This document shows, in pieces, positions 28,920-39,196 of a DNA stretch of 64,000 nt (within the stretch, counting starts at the first letter, position 1; each line of letters begins with the position of its first letter). Location of the stretch: the NCBI GenBank assembly GCA_016192455.1, contig JACPUC010000002.1, forward strand, positions 62,001 to 126,000. The letters run 5' to 3'. The notes under the pieces were generated by a model. That model was not told where the DNA came from and made no database searches. It saw only the letters and a program-made list of their open reading frames with translations. Origin of the DNA: Candidatus Tectimicrobiota bacterium. Lineage in GTDB: Bacteria; JACPUC01. Made by a program: the position numbers and the translations under genes.

Positions 28920-30083
28920 ATGACGGCGATTCCCTTTCTGTACTCCATGCCGACGCGGATCATTCACGGTCCCGGCTCCCTCGGCCGCCTTGGTGAGGAG
29001 GCAGGTCTTCTCGGGCTGCGCCGGGTGCTGTTGGTGAGCGACCCCGGCGTGCGCAAGGCCGGCCTCGTCGAGCGGGCGCAGGAACCCCTCCAGAAGGCGG
29101 GGATCGCCGCCTCCCTGTTCACCGAGGTGGAAGAGAACCCCTGCATGGCGACGGTGCGGCGAGGCTACGATCTGCTGCGTGCCGAGCGCCTCGAAGGGGT
29201 GATTGTCATCGGCGGCGGCAGCGCCATGTGCGCCGCCAAGGCCATCGCGCTGCTGGGGAGCAACGGCGGAGAGATCAGCGACTACGAAGGGGTGGGAAAG
29301 TTCGCGCTGGCGCCGCTCCCTGTCATCGCGATCCCGACGACGGCGGGGTCCGGCAGCGAGGTGTCGCAATCGTTCATCCTCACCAATGAGGTGCGCAACG
29401 ACAAGTTCACCGTCTCCGGTCCGACGAACTTCCCGAGCATGGCGATCCTCGACGCCGAGTTGCTGATGAGCGTGCCGCCGCGGGTGGCCGTCTTCGCCGG
29501 TCTCGATGCCCTGTCGCATGCCGTGGAGGCCCTGTGGGCGAAGGGCGCCACGCCGATCACCGAGGCGCTCGCCCTGGCGGCGATTCGGAGCATCTTCGCC
29601 AACCTGAGGAGGGCCAGCTTCAGCCCTGATCTGGCTGCGAAGGACGCCATGATCGTCGCCAGCAGCATGGCGAACATGGCCTGCGGCAACTCCGGGCTGG
29701 CGATCGTGCACGCCATCGGGCGCTTCATCGAGTCGCGCTACCACTACCCGCACGGGCAGGTGAACGGCGTCCTCCTCCCCATCGGCATGGACTTCAACCG
29801 CCCCGTTTGCGCGCGCCAGTTCAGCGCCATGGCGCGCGGCCTCTCCACTCGCGCGGGCGACGGCGCGGAGACCGAGGAGCGCCTCGCCGACCGTGCCGCC
29901 GGCCTGGTGCGCGATCTCATGCGCGCGAACGATTTTGCCCTGACGTTCGACCTCCGGCCCCCCGCCGCCGAGCTGCGGCAGATGGCCGAGGCCACCGAGC
30001 GCTACCCGATGACCGCCCGCAATGCCAGGGCGGTGACCGCCGCAGATGCCGAGGCGATGCTGCGGGCAGCCTTCGGCATGTAG
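28920..30083 (+). CDS. iron-containing alcohol dehydrogenase
   Basis: GGGS, IPTTAGSGSE, DALSHAVE, VHAI, PHG; GGAGGT RBS. Confidence 0.92.
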   Translation: MTAIPFLYSMPTRIIHGPGSLGRLGEEAGLLGLRRVLLVSDPGVRKAGLVERAQEPLQKAGIAASLFTEVEENPCMATVRRGYDLLRAERLEGVIVIGGGSAMCAAKAIALLGSNGGEISDYEGVGKFALAPLPVIAIPTTAGSGSEVSQSFILTNEVRNDKFTVSGPTNFPSMAILDAELLMSVPPRVAVFAGLDALSHAVEALWAKGATPITEALALAAIRSIFANLRRASFSPDLAAKDAMIVASSMANMACGNSGLAIVHAIGRFIESRYHYPHGQVNGVLLPIGMDFNRPVCARQFSAMARGLSTRAGDGAETEERLADRAAGLVRDLMRANDFALTFDLRPPAAELRQMAEATERYPMTARNARAVTAADAEAMLRAAFGM

Positions 30084-30205
30084 GGCCGGTCGGCGGGAAT
30101 CGCTCCCGGTCGCGCCGTGGTCGCCGACCTCGCGTGGCCCTCTTCGAGGGATGAATGGCCGCGCCGTTCCTCCCAGGCGACGTGGCACCCACAACCGAGG
30201 CAGCC

Positions 30206-30835
30206 ATGAAGATCCACGACATCACCGTACCGATAACGACCGGCATGCTCCACTACCCCGGCAGCCCGGCGGTGGAGGTGGCGATCGGCAAGAGCATGGC
30301 GAAAGGTGATCCCGGCAACACCTCGCGGCTCACCTGCAGCGTGCATACCGGCACGCACGTCGACGCGCCGTACCATTACGTCCAGGACGGCGCCCGCATC
30401 GACGAGCTCGACCTCGCCACGCTCATCGGCCCGGCGCGTGTCTTCGAGCTGGACATCGACGGCGAGATCACCCCGGCGCACCTGGCGCGACTCGATCTTG
30501 GCGGGGTCGAGCGAGCCCTCTTCAAGACGAAGAACTCCCACCTCATGTACGAGGCGGAGTTCACCAAGGACTATACCCACTTCGGCGTGGCGGGCTCCGA
30601 GGTGCTTGTGCGCCACGGGCTGCGGTTGCTGGGCATCGACTACATCTCCGTGGAGGGCTATGGGAACCCGAACTCGCCGGCCCATAAGGTCCTGCTCGGC
30701 AGCGGCATGATCGTCCTCGAGGGGATCGACCTGCGGACCATCGCCCCGGGGGACTACCAGCTCATCTGTCTGCCGCTGAAGATCGCCCGCGGCGACGGCG
30801 CCCCGGCGCGCGTCGTGCTCGTCGACGAGAACTGA
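30206..30835 (+). CDS. cyclase family metal hydrolase (KynB-like)
   Basis: HTGTHVDAPYH, GIDYISV, AHKVLL, GDGAPARVVL. Confidence 0.9.
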   Translation: MKIHDITVPITTGMLHYPGSPAVEVAIGKSMAKGDPGNTSRLTCSVHTGTHVDAPYHYVQDGARIDELDLATLIGPARVFELDIDGEITPAHLARLDLGGVERALFKTKNSHLMYEAEFTKDYTHFGVAGSEVLVRHGLRLLGIDYISVEGYGNPNSPAHKVLLGSGMIVLEGIDLRTIAPGDYQLICLPLKIARGDGAPARVVLVDEN

Positions 30836-30870
30836 GCCGTCCCGGGCTTTGCATACAGGGCGGAGAAGTC

Positions 30871-32472
30871 ATGAACCTTCAAGAGGTCGAGGACCTGACG
30901 CTGGCGCAGGTGGTGGAGCGCAACGCGGCGCGCCGGCCGGAGAAGGTGGCGCTTCTCGCCGGAGCGCGCCGCGTTACCTATCGCGACCTCGTCGCCATGG
31001 CGCACGCCGTGGCCGCTGGGCTGGCGGCGCGCGGCGTCCGCAAGGGGGACCGCGTCGCCATCGCCCTCCTCAACACGCCGGAGATGGTGGCAGCCTACCT
31101 GGGGTGCGCGCAGCTCGGCGCCGTCATTGTCTGGGCCAACCCCGCCTATCGCCACGACGACCTGCGCTTCGTTCTCAGCAACACCCGCGCCAACGCCATC
31201 CTGGCGCCGCGCCAGGCGGGCGACTTCAACTTCCTCGGCATGGTGCAGGAGCTGCGGCGGGAGCTGCCGGACCTGAGCCTCATCGTGGCCGAGAGCGGCG
31301 AGACCGCCGCTGACCTCAGCCTCGAGGCGCTCATCACGTCGCACCTGGGGGAGCCGGCGCCGGCCGTCGAGATTGATGTGCATGCCGACATCCTGTACCT
31401 CCAGCACACCTCCGGCACCACCGGCGTGCCGAAGGCGGCGGTGCACACGAACGCGCAGCAGGTGCGCAACGTCGTGGCGGTGATGAACTCGTACCGCGGC
31501 ACCGAGGAGGATGTCTACCTCGGCCACCTGCCCTTCTACCACACCTTCGGGCGCACCTGCATCCTTGACGTGGCGCTCATGTCGGGCGCCGCCTGCGTCC
31601 TCCAGGAGGCCTTCCAGCCGGCGGAATCCCTGCGCCTCATGGCGGAGCACCGCGTCACCATCCAGCACTGCGCGCCGACGCACCTCATCCTGGAGCTGAA
31701 CGTGCCGGACTTCCCGCGCTACGACCTGAGCGCCCTGCGCACCGGCTACGTCGCCGGCTTCGTCTGCCCGGTCGAGACGTTCAAGCGCGCTTGCGCGGCG
31801 ATGGGTTGCCATTACCTCGGCGCCTGGGGGTCTTCGGAGTCCATCGTCGGCTTCGCCAGCGACTACGAGCGCGACACCCTCGAGCAGCGCGCCACCACCG
31901 TCGGCCAGCCTCTCGAGGGCTTCGAGTTCAAGATCATCGACGAGGCCGGCGCCAGCCTACCGCCGGGGCGCGACGGGGAGCTCTGCGTGCGCTCCTACTC
32001 CGTTCTCCCCTTCTATTGGGAGAACCCCGCGGAGACCGCCCGCCAGCTTGATGCCGACGGCTGGCTGCGCATGGGTGACCTGGCGGTGGTGGGCGAGGCG
32101 CAGCGCCTGCGCATCCTGGGGCGCCTCAAGGAGGTCGTCAACCGCGGCGGCATGAAAATCTACCCGAGCGAACTGGAGACGCTCCTCGACAAGCACCCGA
32201 AGGTACGGGAGGTGTGCATCATCGCCACGCCGAACCCGGTGCTCGGCGAGAACGTTTGCGCCTGCATCGTCCCCGGCGGCGGCGACAAACCGAAGCTTGC
32301 GGAGCTGCGGGCCTACCTTGCCGAGCATGTCGCCCGCTACAAGCTGCCCGACGAGCTCTGTCTCTTCGAGGAGTTCCCGCGCCTCTCCGGCGGCGTCAAG
32401 CTGCGCAAGTTCGGCGCCGGCGGCATCCAGGAGATGGCGATGAAGAACGAAAAGCGCGAGCGCTGGCGCTAG
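30871..32472 (+). CDS. class I adenylate-forming enzyme (acyl/aryl-CoA ligase)
   Basis: TSGTTGVPK, WGSSE, MGDL, GRLKEVVNRGG, SGGVK. Confidence 0.9.
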   Translation: MNLQEVEDLTLAQVVERNAARRPEKVALLAGARRVTYRDLVAMAHAVAAGLAARGVRKGDRVAIALLNTPEMVAAYLGCAQLGAVIVWANPAYRHDDLRFVLSNTRANAILAPRQAGDFNFLGMVQELRRELPDLSLIVAESGETAADLSLEALITSHLGEPAPAVEIDVHADILYLQHTSGTTGVPKAAVHTNAQQVRNVVAVMNSYRGTEEDVYLGHLPFYHTFGRTCILDVALMSGAACVLQEAFQPAESLRLMAEHRVTIQHCAPTHLILELNVPDFPRYDLSALRTGYVAGFVCPVETFKRACAAMGCHYLGAWGSSESIVGFASDYERDTLEQRATTVGQPLEGFEFKIIDEAGASLPPGRDGELCVRSYSVLPFYWENPAETARQLDADGWLRMGDLAVVGEAQRLRILGRLKEVVNRGGMKIYPSELETLLDKHPKVREVCIIATPNPVLGENVCACIVPGGGDKPKLAELRAYLAEHVARYKLPDELCLFEEFPRLSGGVKLRKFGAGGIQEMAMKNEKRERWR

Positions 32473-32650
32473 GCTGCCGTTGCAGGACGGCGATTCCTCC
32501 GTGTTTTCAGATCGAGAGGGTGCGAGGGAACCGTGTCCCCTCGCGCACCCCGCTTACGCGGGCTGCTGCGCAGCTCGCGGCAATCGCGTGCGCCCATTCC
32601 CTGAAGAATGCGAGCGGGGTTTGCCGGCTTCTCCCTGGGCGCAGACCGCC

Positions 32651-33424
32651 ATGCAGCTTCACCGCCGCTCCGTCGAGGTTGAGCCTGGGGAGAGCGTGAG
32701 CCTGTCCGTGGCGCTGCCGGCGGCGTGGCCCGCGCCCCGGACGCTCGTCGTCCTGGCTCATGGCGCCGGGAACGACATGCGGCAGCCGCTCCTCGTCTTT
32801 CTCCAGGAGCGCCTGCCGGCGCACCGTGTGGCCGTGGCCACCTTCAACTTCCTCTACACTGAGCAGGGACGCCGCGCGCCGGATCGTGGGCCGCGCTTGG
32901 AGGCGTGTTACCGCGCCGTGCTGGCGGCCCTCCGGGGCGATGCCGCGCTGCGTCCCGAGCGGCTGATCATCGGCGGCAAGTCGATGGGAGGACGCATCGC
33001 CTCCCACCTCGCGGCAGAGGGCGAGGCCGCGGCGCCAGCGGGCGCGAGCGCCGCGATCGTGGCGCGAGGTGAGGCGGGCTGGCTCCACGGCCTCCTCTTC
33101 CTCGGCTATCCGCTCCACCCCGCCGGCAAGCCGGAGCGCCTGCGCACCGCGCACCTGCCCCTGATCGAGCAGCCGATGCTCTTCCTCAGCGGCAGCCGCG
33201 ACCGTCTCTGCGAGATGGAGCTGTTGCGCCGCACCCTGGAGAGCCTGCAGGCGCCCCGTCGTCTCCACCTCATCGACGAGGGAGACCACTCGTTCAGGGT
33301 TCCAAAGAGCACCGGCAGGGATCAAGCGCAAGTGTTCGAGGAGATTCTCCAGGTCGTCGTGAGCTGGCTTGCGGGTCTCTCTCCTGCGTCCAGCCGGCGG
33401 CGCAGCAAAGGTCGCGGCCGCTAA
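32651..33424 (+). CDS. alpha/beta hydrolase (KANL3/Tex30-like)
   Basis: LAHGAG, GGKSMGGR nucleophile elbow, GYPLHP, GSRD, GDHSF. Confidence 0.88.
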   Translation: MQLHRRSVEVEPGESVSLSVALPAAWPAPRTLVVLAHGAGNDMRQPLLVFLQERLPAHRVAVATFNFLYTEQGRRAPDRGPRLEACYRAVLAALRGDAALRPERLIIGGKSMGGRIASHLAAEGEAAAPAGASAAIVARGEAGWLHGLLFLGYPLHPAGKPERLRTAHLPLIEQPMLFLSGSRDRLCEMELLRRTLESLQAPRRLHLIDEGDHSFRVPKSTGRDQAQVFEEILQVVVSWLAGLSPASSRRRSKGRGR

Positions 33425-33459
33425 CCCGGCAGCTTCGGTCCGATGAGGAGCCGCAGCGG

Positions 33460-35007
33460 ATGTCTGGGACTGGAGGGGGTGAGAGGGGCGGCCATCGAGG
33501 AGCGAGTCGGGGCCGCGGGGAGCAGCCGCGGAGGTCCGTCGGGGGCGCCTGGCTGGGGCAAGCCCTGGTCCTTGGAGGCCCAGGGTCGCGGGGGAGCGTT
33601 GCTCGTTCGCTCGTCCTCCTCGGCCTGGCGCTGGGGCTCTGCCTCTTGATCGTCCTGCTGCCGCAGCCCAATGGGCTTTCCCTGCCGGCTCAACGGGCGT
33701 TCGCCGGGGCGACCTTCATCCTCGTCCTCTGGATCACCCGGGCGATTCCCGTGCCGGCAAGCGTCCTCCTGCTGGGGCTCCTCCTGCGGGGCCTGGGGGC
33801 GGTGCCGTCGCTCGGCGCTGGGTTCGGCGGCTTTGCCTCACCCGTCGTTGCCTTCCTGCTTGGCATCTTTGGCATCGCCCATGCCGTGGTGAGCACGGGG
33901 CTGGCGCGGCGCTTCTCCCGCCTTCTGCTTCGCCGGGCGCGAGGCGGCGTCGTCCGCCTCTATGTCCAGCAACTGTTCCTCTTTTGCGGCGGCGCCTACG
34001 TGGTGCCCTCGGCGATCACCCGCAGCAGCATCATGATCCCCGTCTACCGCGATGTGTTGCGGCGGCTCCGGTCGGGCTCCGGCGGGGAGCCGGGGAGCCG
34101 CCTGGGGCGCCTGGTGATGCTGCCGCATGCGGTGCTCAATGCCGCCGCGTCGTCGGCGCTGCTGACGGGCGGGCTGGCGTCGATCACGGCGGCGTCGCTC
34201 CTGGGCGGCGTGAGCTGGCTGCGCTGGTTCGCTGCCATGGCCCTGCCGTACTACCTCTTCATCGCCGCCGCTGGCGGGCTTCTCCTGATGTGCTTCGGCG
34301 GCGCCTCGGGGGACGCCGCGCCGGCAGCCGGCGTGGCTGACGGACCCGAGCCGCGCCGGGCGCCATGGAGCCGCGGCGAGGCGCAGGCGCTGGTGACCCT
34401 GACTGCGGTGAGCCTCCTGTGGGTGACGGATTTCCTGCACGGCTTCCATCCCGCCTTTCCCGCCCTGCTGGCTGCGGCAGCGTTGCTGGCGCCCCGGCTC
34501 GGGGTGGCCGAGTGGCGCGATTTTCTCCGCCAGGTCTCATGGTCACAGCTCTTCCTCGTGGCGGGGTCGTTGACCCTGGCGCGGGTTCTCGTCGAGACGG
34601 GCGCAGCCGCATGGCTGGCGGCGCGGCTGTTCAGCAGCCTGGGGGCCGGCAGCTACCCGGTCTGGGCGATGGCGCTCGTCATCCTCCTCCTCAGCGCCCT
34701 GGTGCATGCCATCGTGCCCAACGTTCCAGGATCGCTGGCCGTGCTCATCCCGGTCCTCACACCGCTCGCCGCGCGGCTGGGGCTGCCTCCCCTGGTTGCC
34801 GGGTTCATCATGACGATGGCGGTGGATACCCTCGTCTTCTACCCCTACCAGTCGGTGTTGGCGCTCATGGTCTACGAGACCGGCTACGTGCGCACGATCG
34901 ACTTGGCGCTCAGCGGTATGCTCTTCATGGTGCTGCTGATGGCCCTCGTGCTGCTCCTCTTCCTGCCCTTCTGGGGGCTGGTGCTGGAGCGTTGGGGGGC
35001 GGCGTGA
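33460..35007 (+). CDS. DASS/SLC13 family anion permease
   Basis: Many TM segments, STGLARR, PSAITRS, SSALLTG, ETGAAAWLA; true start may lie downstream. Confidence 0.8.
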   Translation: MSGTGGGERGGHRGASRGRGEQPRRSVGGAWLGQALVLGGPGSRGSVARSLVLLGLALGLCLLIVLLPQPNGLSLPAQRAFAGATFILVLWITRAIPVPASVLLLGLLLRGLGAVPSLGAGFGGFASPVVAFLLGIFGIAHAVVSTGLARRFSRLLLRRARGGVVRLYVQQLFLFCGGAYVVPSAITRSSIMIPVYRDVLRRLRSGSGGEPGSRLGRLVMLPHAVLNAAASSALLTGGLASITAASLLGGVSWLRWFAAMALPYYLFIAAAGGLLLMCFGGASGDAAPAAGVADGPEPRRAPWSRGEAQALVTLTAVSLLWVTDFLHGFHPAFPALLAAAALLAPRLGVAEWRDFLRQVSWSQLFLVAGSLTLARVLVETGAAAWLAARLFSSLGAGSYPVWAMALVILLLSALVHAIVPNVPGSLAVLIPVLTPLAARLGLPPLVAGFIMTMAVDTLVFYPYQSVLALMVYETGYVRTIDLALSGMLFMVLLMALVLLLFLPFWGLVLERWGAA

Positions 35008-35085
35008 GCGTGAAAACGGGGCGAGCGGGGCGCCGGACGCTGGCCGCGGCATCGGCTTGCGGCCACCACCGCGAAAGGGAGATCG

Positions 35086-36537
35086 ATGTACAACGATCTG
35101 CGCCATTTCCTCAAGGTCCTTACAGGGCAGGGCGAGATCGTGCAAGTGTCGCGGCAGGTGTCCATCGTCCAGGAGATCGGCGATATCTGCCGCCGCGTCA
35201 GCGACATGGAGGGTCCGGCTCTGCTGTTCACGAATCTGGCTGGCTACCCCGGCTGGAGCCTCTGCGCCAATGCGGTTGGGACGCTGCGGCGCACCGCCCT
35301 GGCCATTGAGTCGACGGTCGAGGCGATGGTGGCGGAGTACGCGCGACGCATCGAGGGGGGCAAGCTCCTGCCGTCCGTGACCGTTCCGGCCCACGCCGCT
35401 CCCTGCAAGGAGGTCATCCTGCGCGACGTTGACCTGACGAAGCTCCCCATCCCCACCTGGCACCTGAAGGATGGCGGCCCCTACATCTCGTTCGGCGTGC
35501 AGATCAGCAAAGACCCCGACAGCGGCGTACCGAACGCTTCGATTGTGCGGCAGATGGTGCTGGGCCCGAAGCGTCTCGGCATCCTGCTGCTGCCGGGCAA
35601 GCACACGATGATCCACTTCGAGAAGCAGCGGCAGCGCGGACGCGACCTGGAACTGGCGGCGGCGATCGGGGTGGAGCCGACCGTCACAGCGGCGGCCCTG
35701 CACAGCGGCTCCCTCGATGAGGACGAGTTCGCGGTCTGCGGGGCCTTGCGCGGCCAGCCGCTGGAGATGGTGCGCTGCGAGACCATCGACGTGGAGGTGC
35801 CGGCGCATGCCGAGCTGGTGATCGAGGGCCGCCTCCTGCACAATGAGACCGCCGCGGAGGGGCCGTTCGGCGAGTTCACCGGCTACTACACGAAACGCAC
35901 CGACACCAATCCGGCCATGGAAGTGACCTGCATCACGCACCGCCGCAACCCCATCTTCCAAGGGACCTACGAGGGAAAACCGCCGAACGAGGACAACATC
36001 TTCCACATCCTGCCGTACTCTGCGTCGGTCTACGCCGAGGCGTCGCGGCTCTGTCCGAACCTCGTCTCCTTCGCCTTCGACCCCTACGGGTCCGGCTTCA
36101 TCTACGCGGTGGCGGCCATCGACAAGCTCTACCCCGGCCATGCGCACCACGCCATGCACGCCGTCTGGGCGACGCAGAGCGGCAAGTACATCAAGGTCCT
36201 CATCGTGGTCGATAAGGACATCAACATCTTCGATCACCGCGCCGTAACGTGGGCCATCGCCACGCGCTTCCAGCCGGGGCGCGACCTGGTGCTTGATCCG
36301 CGCGGCATCGGCTCGCAGCTCGACCCGGCCGCCTGGCCGAAGTCGGGCATCGGCGGCTCCATGGGGATTGATGCCACGCAGAAGTGGGAGCAAGAGGGCG
36401 GCCCGCCGAAAGGGAGCGAGCAGGAGCTCATCAGCCACGCCGCAAGCCCCTTCTGGCGGGAGATCGAGCGCCTGGGGTTGGGCTCCTACCTCGGCGTGGA
36501 CCTCAGCCGCTGGCAGGGGCGACGGGTGGGCATGTGA
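35086..36537 (+). CDS. UbiD family decarboxylase (second paralogue)
   Basis: YNDLRHFL, DGGPYI, AELVIEG, EGPFGEFTGYY, VVDKDINI, WAIATR, LDP, GIDAT. Confidence 0.93.
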   Translation: MYNDLRHFLKVLTGQGEIVQVSRQVSIVQEIGDICRRVSDMEGPALLFTNLAGYPGWSLCANAVGTLRRTALAIESTVEAMVAEYARRIEGGKLLPSVTVPAHAAPCKEVILRDVDLTKLPIPTWHLKDGGPYISFGVQISKDPDSGVPNASIVRQMVLGPKRLGILLLPGKHTMIHFEKQRQRGRDLELAAAIGVEPTVTAAALHSGSLDEDEFAVCGALRGQPLEMVRCETIDVEVPAHAELVIEGRLLHNETAAEGPFGEFTGYYTKRTDTNPAMEVTCITHRRNPIFQGTYEGKPPNEDNIFHILPYSASVYAEASRLCPNLVSFAFDPYGSGFIYAVAAIDKLYPGHAHHAMHAVWATQSGKYIKVLIVVDKDINIFDHRAVTWAIATRFQPGRDLVLDPRGIGSQLDPAAWPKSGIGGSMGIDATQKWEQEGGPPKGSEQELISHAASPFWREIERLGLGSYLGVDLSRWQGRRVGM

Positions 36538-36578
36538 GCGCCTCCCTGCGAACGCTGCCGACAGGCAGTGAAGGAGCC

Positions 36579-37709
36579 ATGGCCGACAGCGGCAGCCCGC
36601 TGGAATTGGCCAGGGAGAGCGCAACGGAGGAGGAGATCAGGGTGGCTCGGCGATCATTCCCCCGAGGGGTTACCCTTCTGAATCGGGCGGCGGTGTATGA
36701 GGGCTACACCCTCTACGCCACCCTCGGCGGCTCGGGCACGGTCTACCTGGTCGATGTCGAGGGGAAGGCGGCGCACCAGTGGAAGATGCCCTACCCGCCG
36801 GGCAACTATGGCCGACTCCTCGACAACGGCAATCTCCTCTACGCCTGCCGGGTGCCGGGGGCGCTGATGGAGTTCGGCGGCAAGGGGGGGCTGCTGCTGG
36901 AGGTGGATTGGCAGGGGCGGGAGGTCTGGCGCTACGAGGACCCGGCCATGCACCATGACTTCAGCCGCATGCCGAACGGCAACACCGTGACGCTCTGCCG
37001 GGAGAAAGTGCCGGCCGAGAAGGCGGCGTTGATCCGCGGCGGCCGGCCCGGGACGGAGGACGGCGGCGGCGCCATCTGGGCGGATGTCTTCCGCGAGGTC
37101 ACGCCGGCCGGCGAGGTGGCGTGGGAGTGGCACGCCCACGAGCGCTTGAGCTTCGAGGAGGACGTCCTCTGCCCCCTCTGCCCGCGCCATGAGTGGGGGC
37201 ACGCCAACGCCGTCCTGGCCCTGCCGGATGGCAACCTCATGACCTGCTTCCGCCTGCTGAACTTCGTCGGCATCATCGACCATGGCAGCGGTGCCTGGAG
37301 CTGGCGTTGGGGCAAGGAGGAGCTTGGCCATCCGCACGATCCCAGCCGGCTCGAGAACGGCAACGTGCTGATCTTCGATAACGGCCTGCACAACAGCGAT
37401 TGGCCGCGGTCACGAGTTGTGGAGGTGAATCCACAGAACAACGAAATAGTCTGGCACTACGAGGACGAGCCTCCCTTCAACTTCTGGAGCAACTTCATCA
37501 GCGGCGCCCAGCGCCTGCCGAACGGCAACACGCTGATCTGCGAGGGGATGTGGGGGCGGCTCTTCGAGGTGACGCGCGCCGGCGAGGTAGTGTGGGAGTT
37601 CTACAACCCGGAGTACGCCCCCTATCGCAACTTCGGCCCCTGCAATATGGTGTTTCGCGCCTACCGCTACGGTCCGGAGCACCCGGCCCTGCGGGGGCGG
37701 CTGGGGTAA
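36579..37709 (+). CDS. arylsulfate sulfotransferase (ASST) family beta-propeller, no signal peptide
   Basis: GYTLY, MHHDF, WGHANAV, HPHDP, LIFDNG, SGAQRLPNGNTLICEG; AAGGAG RBS. Confidence 0.85.
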   Translation: MADSGSPLELARESATEEEIRVARRSFPRGVTLLNRAAVYEGYTLYATLGGSGTVYLVDVEGKAAHQWKMPYPPGNYGRLLDNGNLLYACRVPGALMEFGGKGGLLLEVDWQGREVWRYEDPAMHHDFSRMPNGNTVTLCREKVPAEKAALIRGGRPGTEDGGGAIWADVFREVTPAGEVAWEWHAHERLSFEEDVLCPLCPRHEWGHANAVLALPDGNLMTCFRLLNFVGIIDHGSGAWSWRWGKEELGHPHDPSRLENGNVLIFDNGLHNSDWPRSRVVEVNPQNNEIVWHYEDEPPFNFWSNFISGAQRLPNGNTLICEGMWGRLFEVTRAGEVVWEFYNPEYAPYRNFGPCNMVFRAYRYGPEHPALRGRLG

Positions 37710-38101
37710 GCGCGTGAGGTATGCCGCGGGGGACCGCCTCCAACGCTCCTCCTGGGGCACCCGCAATACCAGCGCACGCTTTCACAGAGTGCTCCACCGT
37801 CTTACCACCATCGCCTCCAGCAAGACGATCACCTCCTGCTGCACCTCTTCGTCCTACCAATCCAGTGTCCAAGTCATGAGGGTCGGCAGAGAAGAACTGA
37901 GGGTAAGCACGACGGAACGGGGTCTCCGACGGCATCGGCACCTCGGAGCGGATCAAAGGGCGCGGCTTGCGGCGGCAAGCGATTCGTGCCATGCTCGACC
38001 ACCACCCGGGAGATGGAAAGTTTGTCTGCTGCCGGGATGAACGGCGGGGAGGTTATGGAATGGTGCGCCAGCGTGTGGCTGGAAGCAAGGAGGCGTCCAC
38101 C

Positions 38102-39033
38102 ATGACTGGTCATGTGAGGTCCAACAAATCCTCCTCGATCCATTCGACAATGCCGATCGTGAGGTAAGCCCTTTCCAAAATATCTTCTATCGAGTCTTCA
38201 ATATTTGCAATAATCTCTTCCCCAATCTTCGAGTTGATACGAGGTTGCTGAGGGCTCACTTTGTAGTCGAAGACGTGCTGCAACATGGTATGGAATTAGA
38301 CCACCAGAGTTCGCCAAGCAGGTTGTTGTCAAATCTCTTCTGGAAAATGCTTTCTTGGCAAAAGATCCTTGCGGAACTCAATGAAATAAGGATCCTTGAT
38401 ATCGGTTGTTGGAGTGGAACATATGCAGAAACGTTAGAGCAATTTATTGGACCTCCTCTTAGCGGATATACTGGTCTTGACGTTGCACCCTCTGAGAATT
38501 GGCAGTCGCTGATGCGTGGCCGGGCGCATTTCTCGTTTGCTACGTATGATGGCAGGAGTCTGCTGCATGCGATACCGCGGGGAACAACCTTTATTATGAG
38601 CCAGTCGGCTCTTGAGCATATCGAAGAGGATGTGGGGATATTCACGGAGATCAATGAGTACATTGAATCCTTCGGGCGGCCCGTTCTCCAGGTTCATTTG
38701 TTCCCGAGCCAAGTCTGCCACAGTTTGTATCCCTGGCATGGCATACGACAGTATACCCCCCGCACCGCATCAAAACTTCTTCACGCGCTTGCTGGTGAGT
38801 TTTACGCCATCCTCTTTACCTTAGGCGGCAAGGCGTGCAACACGCTGCATTACAACTACATTACAAAACCATTCTTCCGCGAACAGCGTGATGATTTGCG
38901 ATACGTAAAGCCGGATGAATATGCCAGGGAATTAGAGGCTGCGGTCCTCGAAGATATGCAGGCGCCGAGCGGCGATCCATCTTTTTATGCCCTGGTGATC
39001 CATCATAACTTCACGGCAAGCATCGTCACTTGA
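38102..39033 (+). pseudogene. class I SAM-dependent methyltransferase in an AT-richer islet, probably frameshifted near its 5' end
   Basis: ILDIGCWSG and SQSALEHI motifs; AAGGAGG-ATG at 38102 is one base out of frame with the main ORF, which is open from 38041 but has no start until TTG 38245. Confidence 0.65.
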
Positions 39034-39196
39034 CGGCGCTGACGTGCTGGGACTACGCATTTTGCAGCCGCCAGAGTTGCTGCGGCACCGTTGTGGAGCT
39101 GACGCCAGCCGCGCGGCCGGGTGCCGGAGTGGTGTGGAATGGGAGGGCCGCGGCGCGAACGGGGTGTCGCCGAGACAGCTTGGTGGGAGGAATGCG

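Noticed and set aside
37720-37900. Possible decayed gene remnant on the minus strand (DEEVQQEVIVLLEAM)
   Set aside because: Too short and interrupted by stops to support any assignment.
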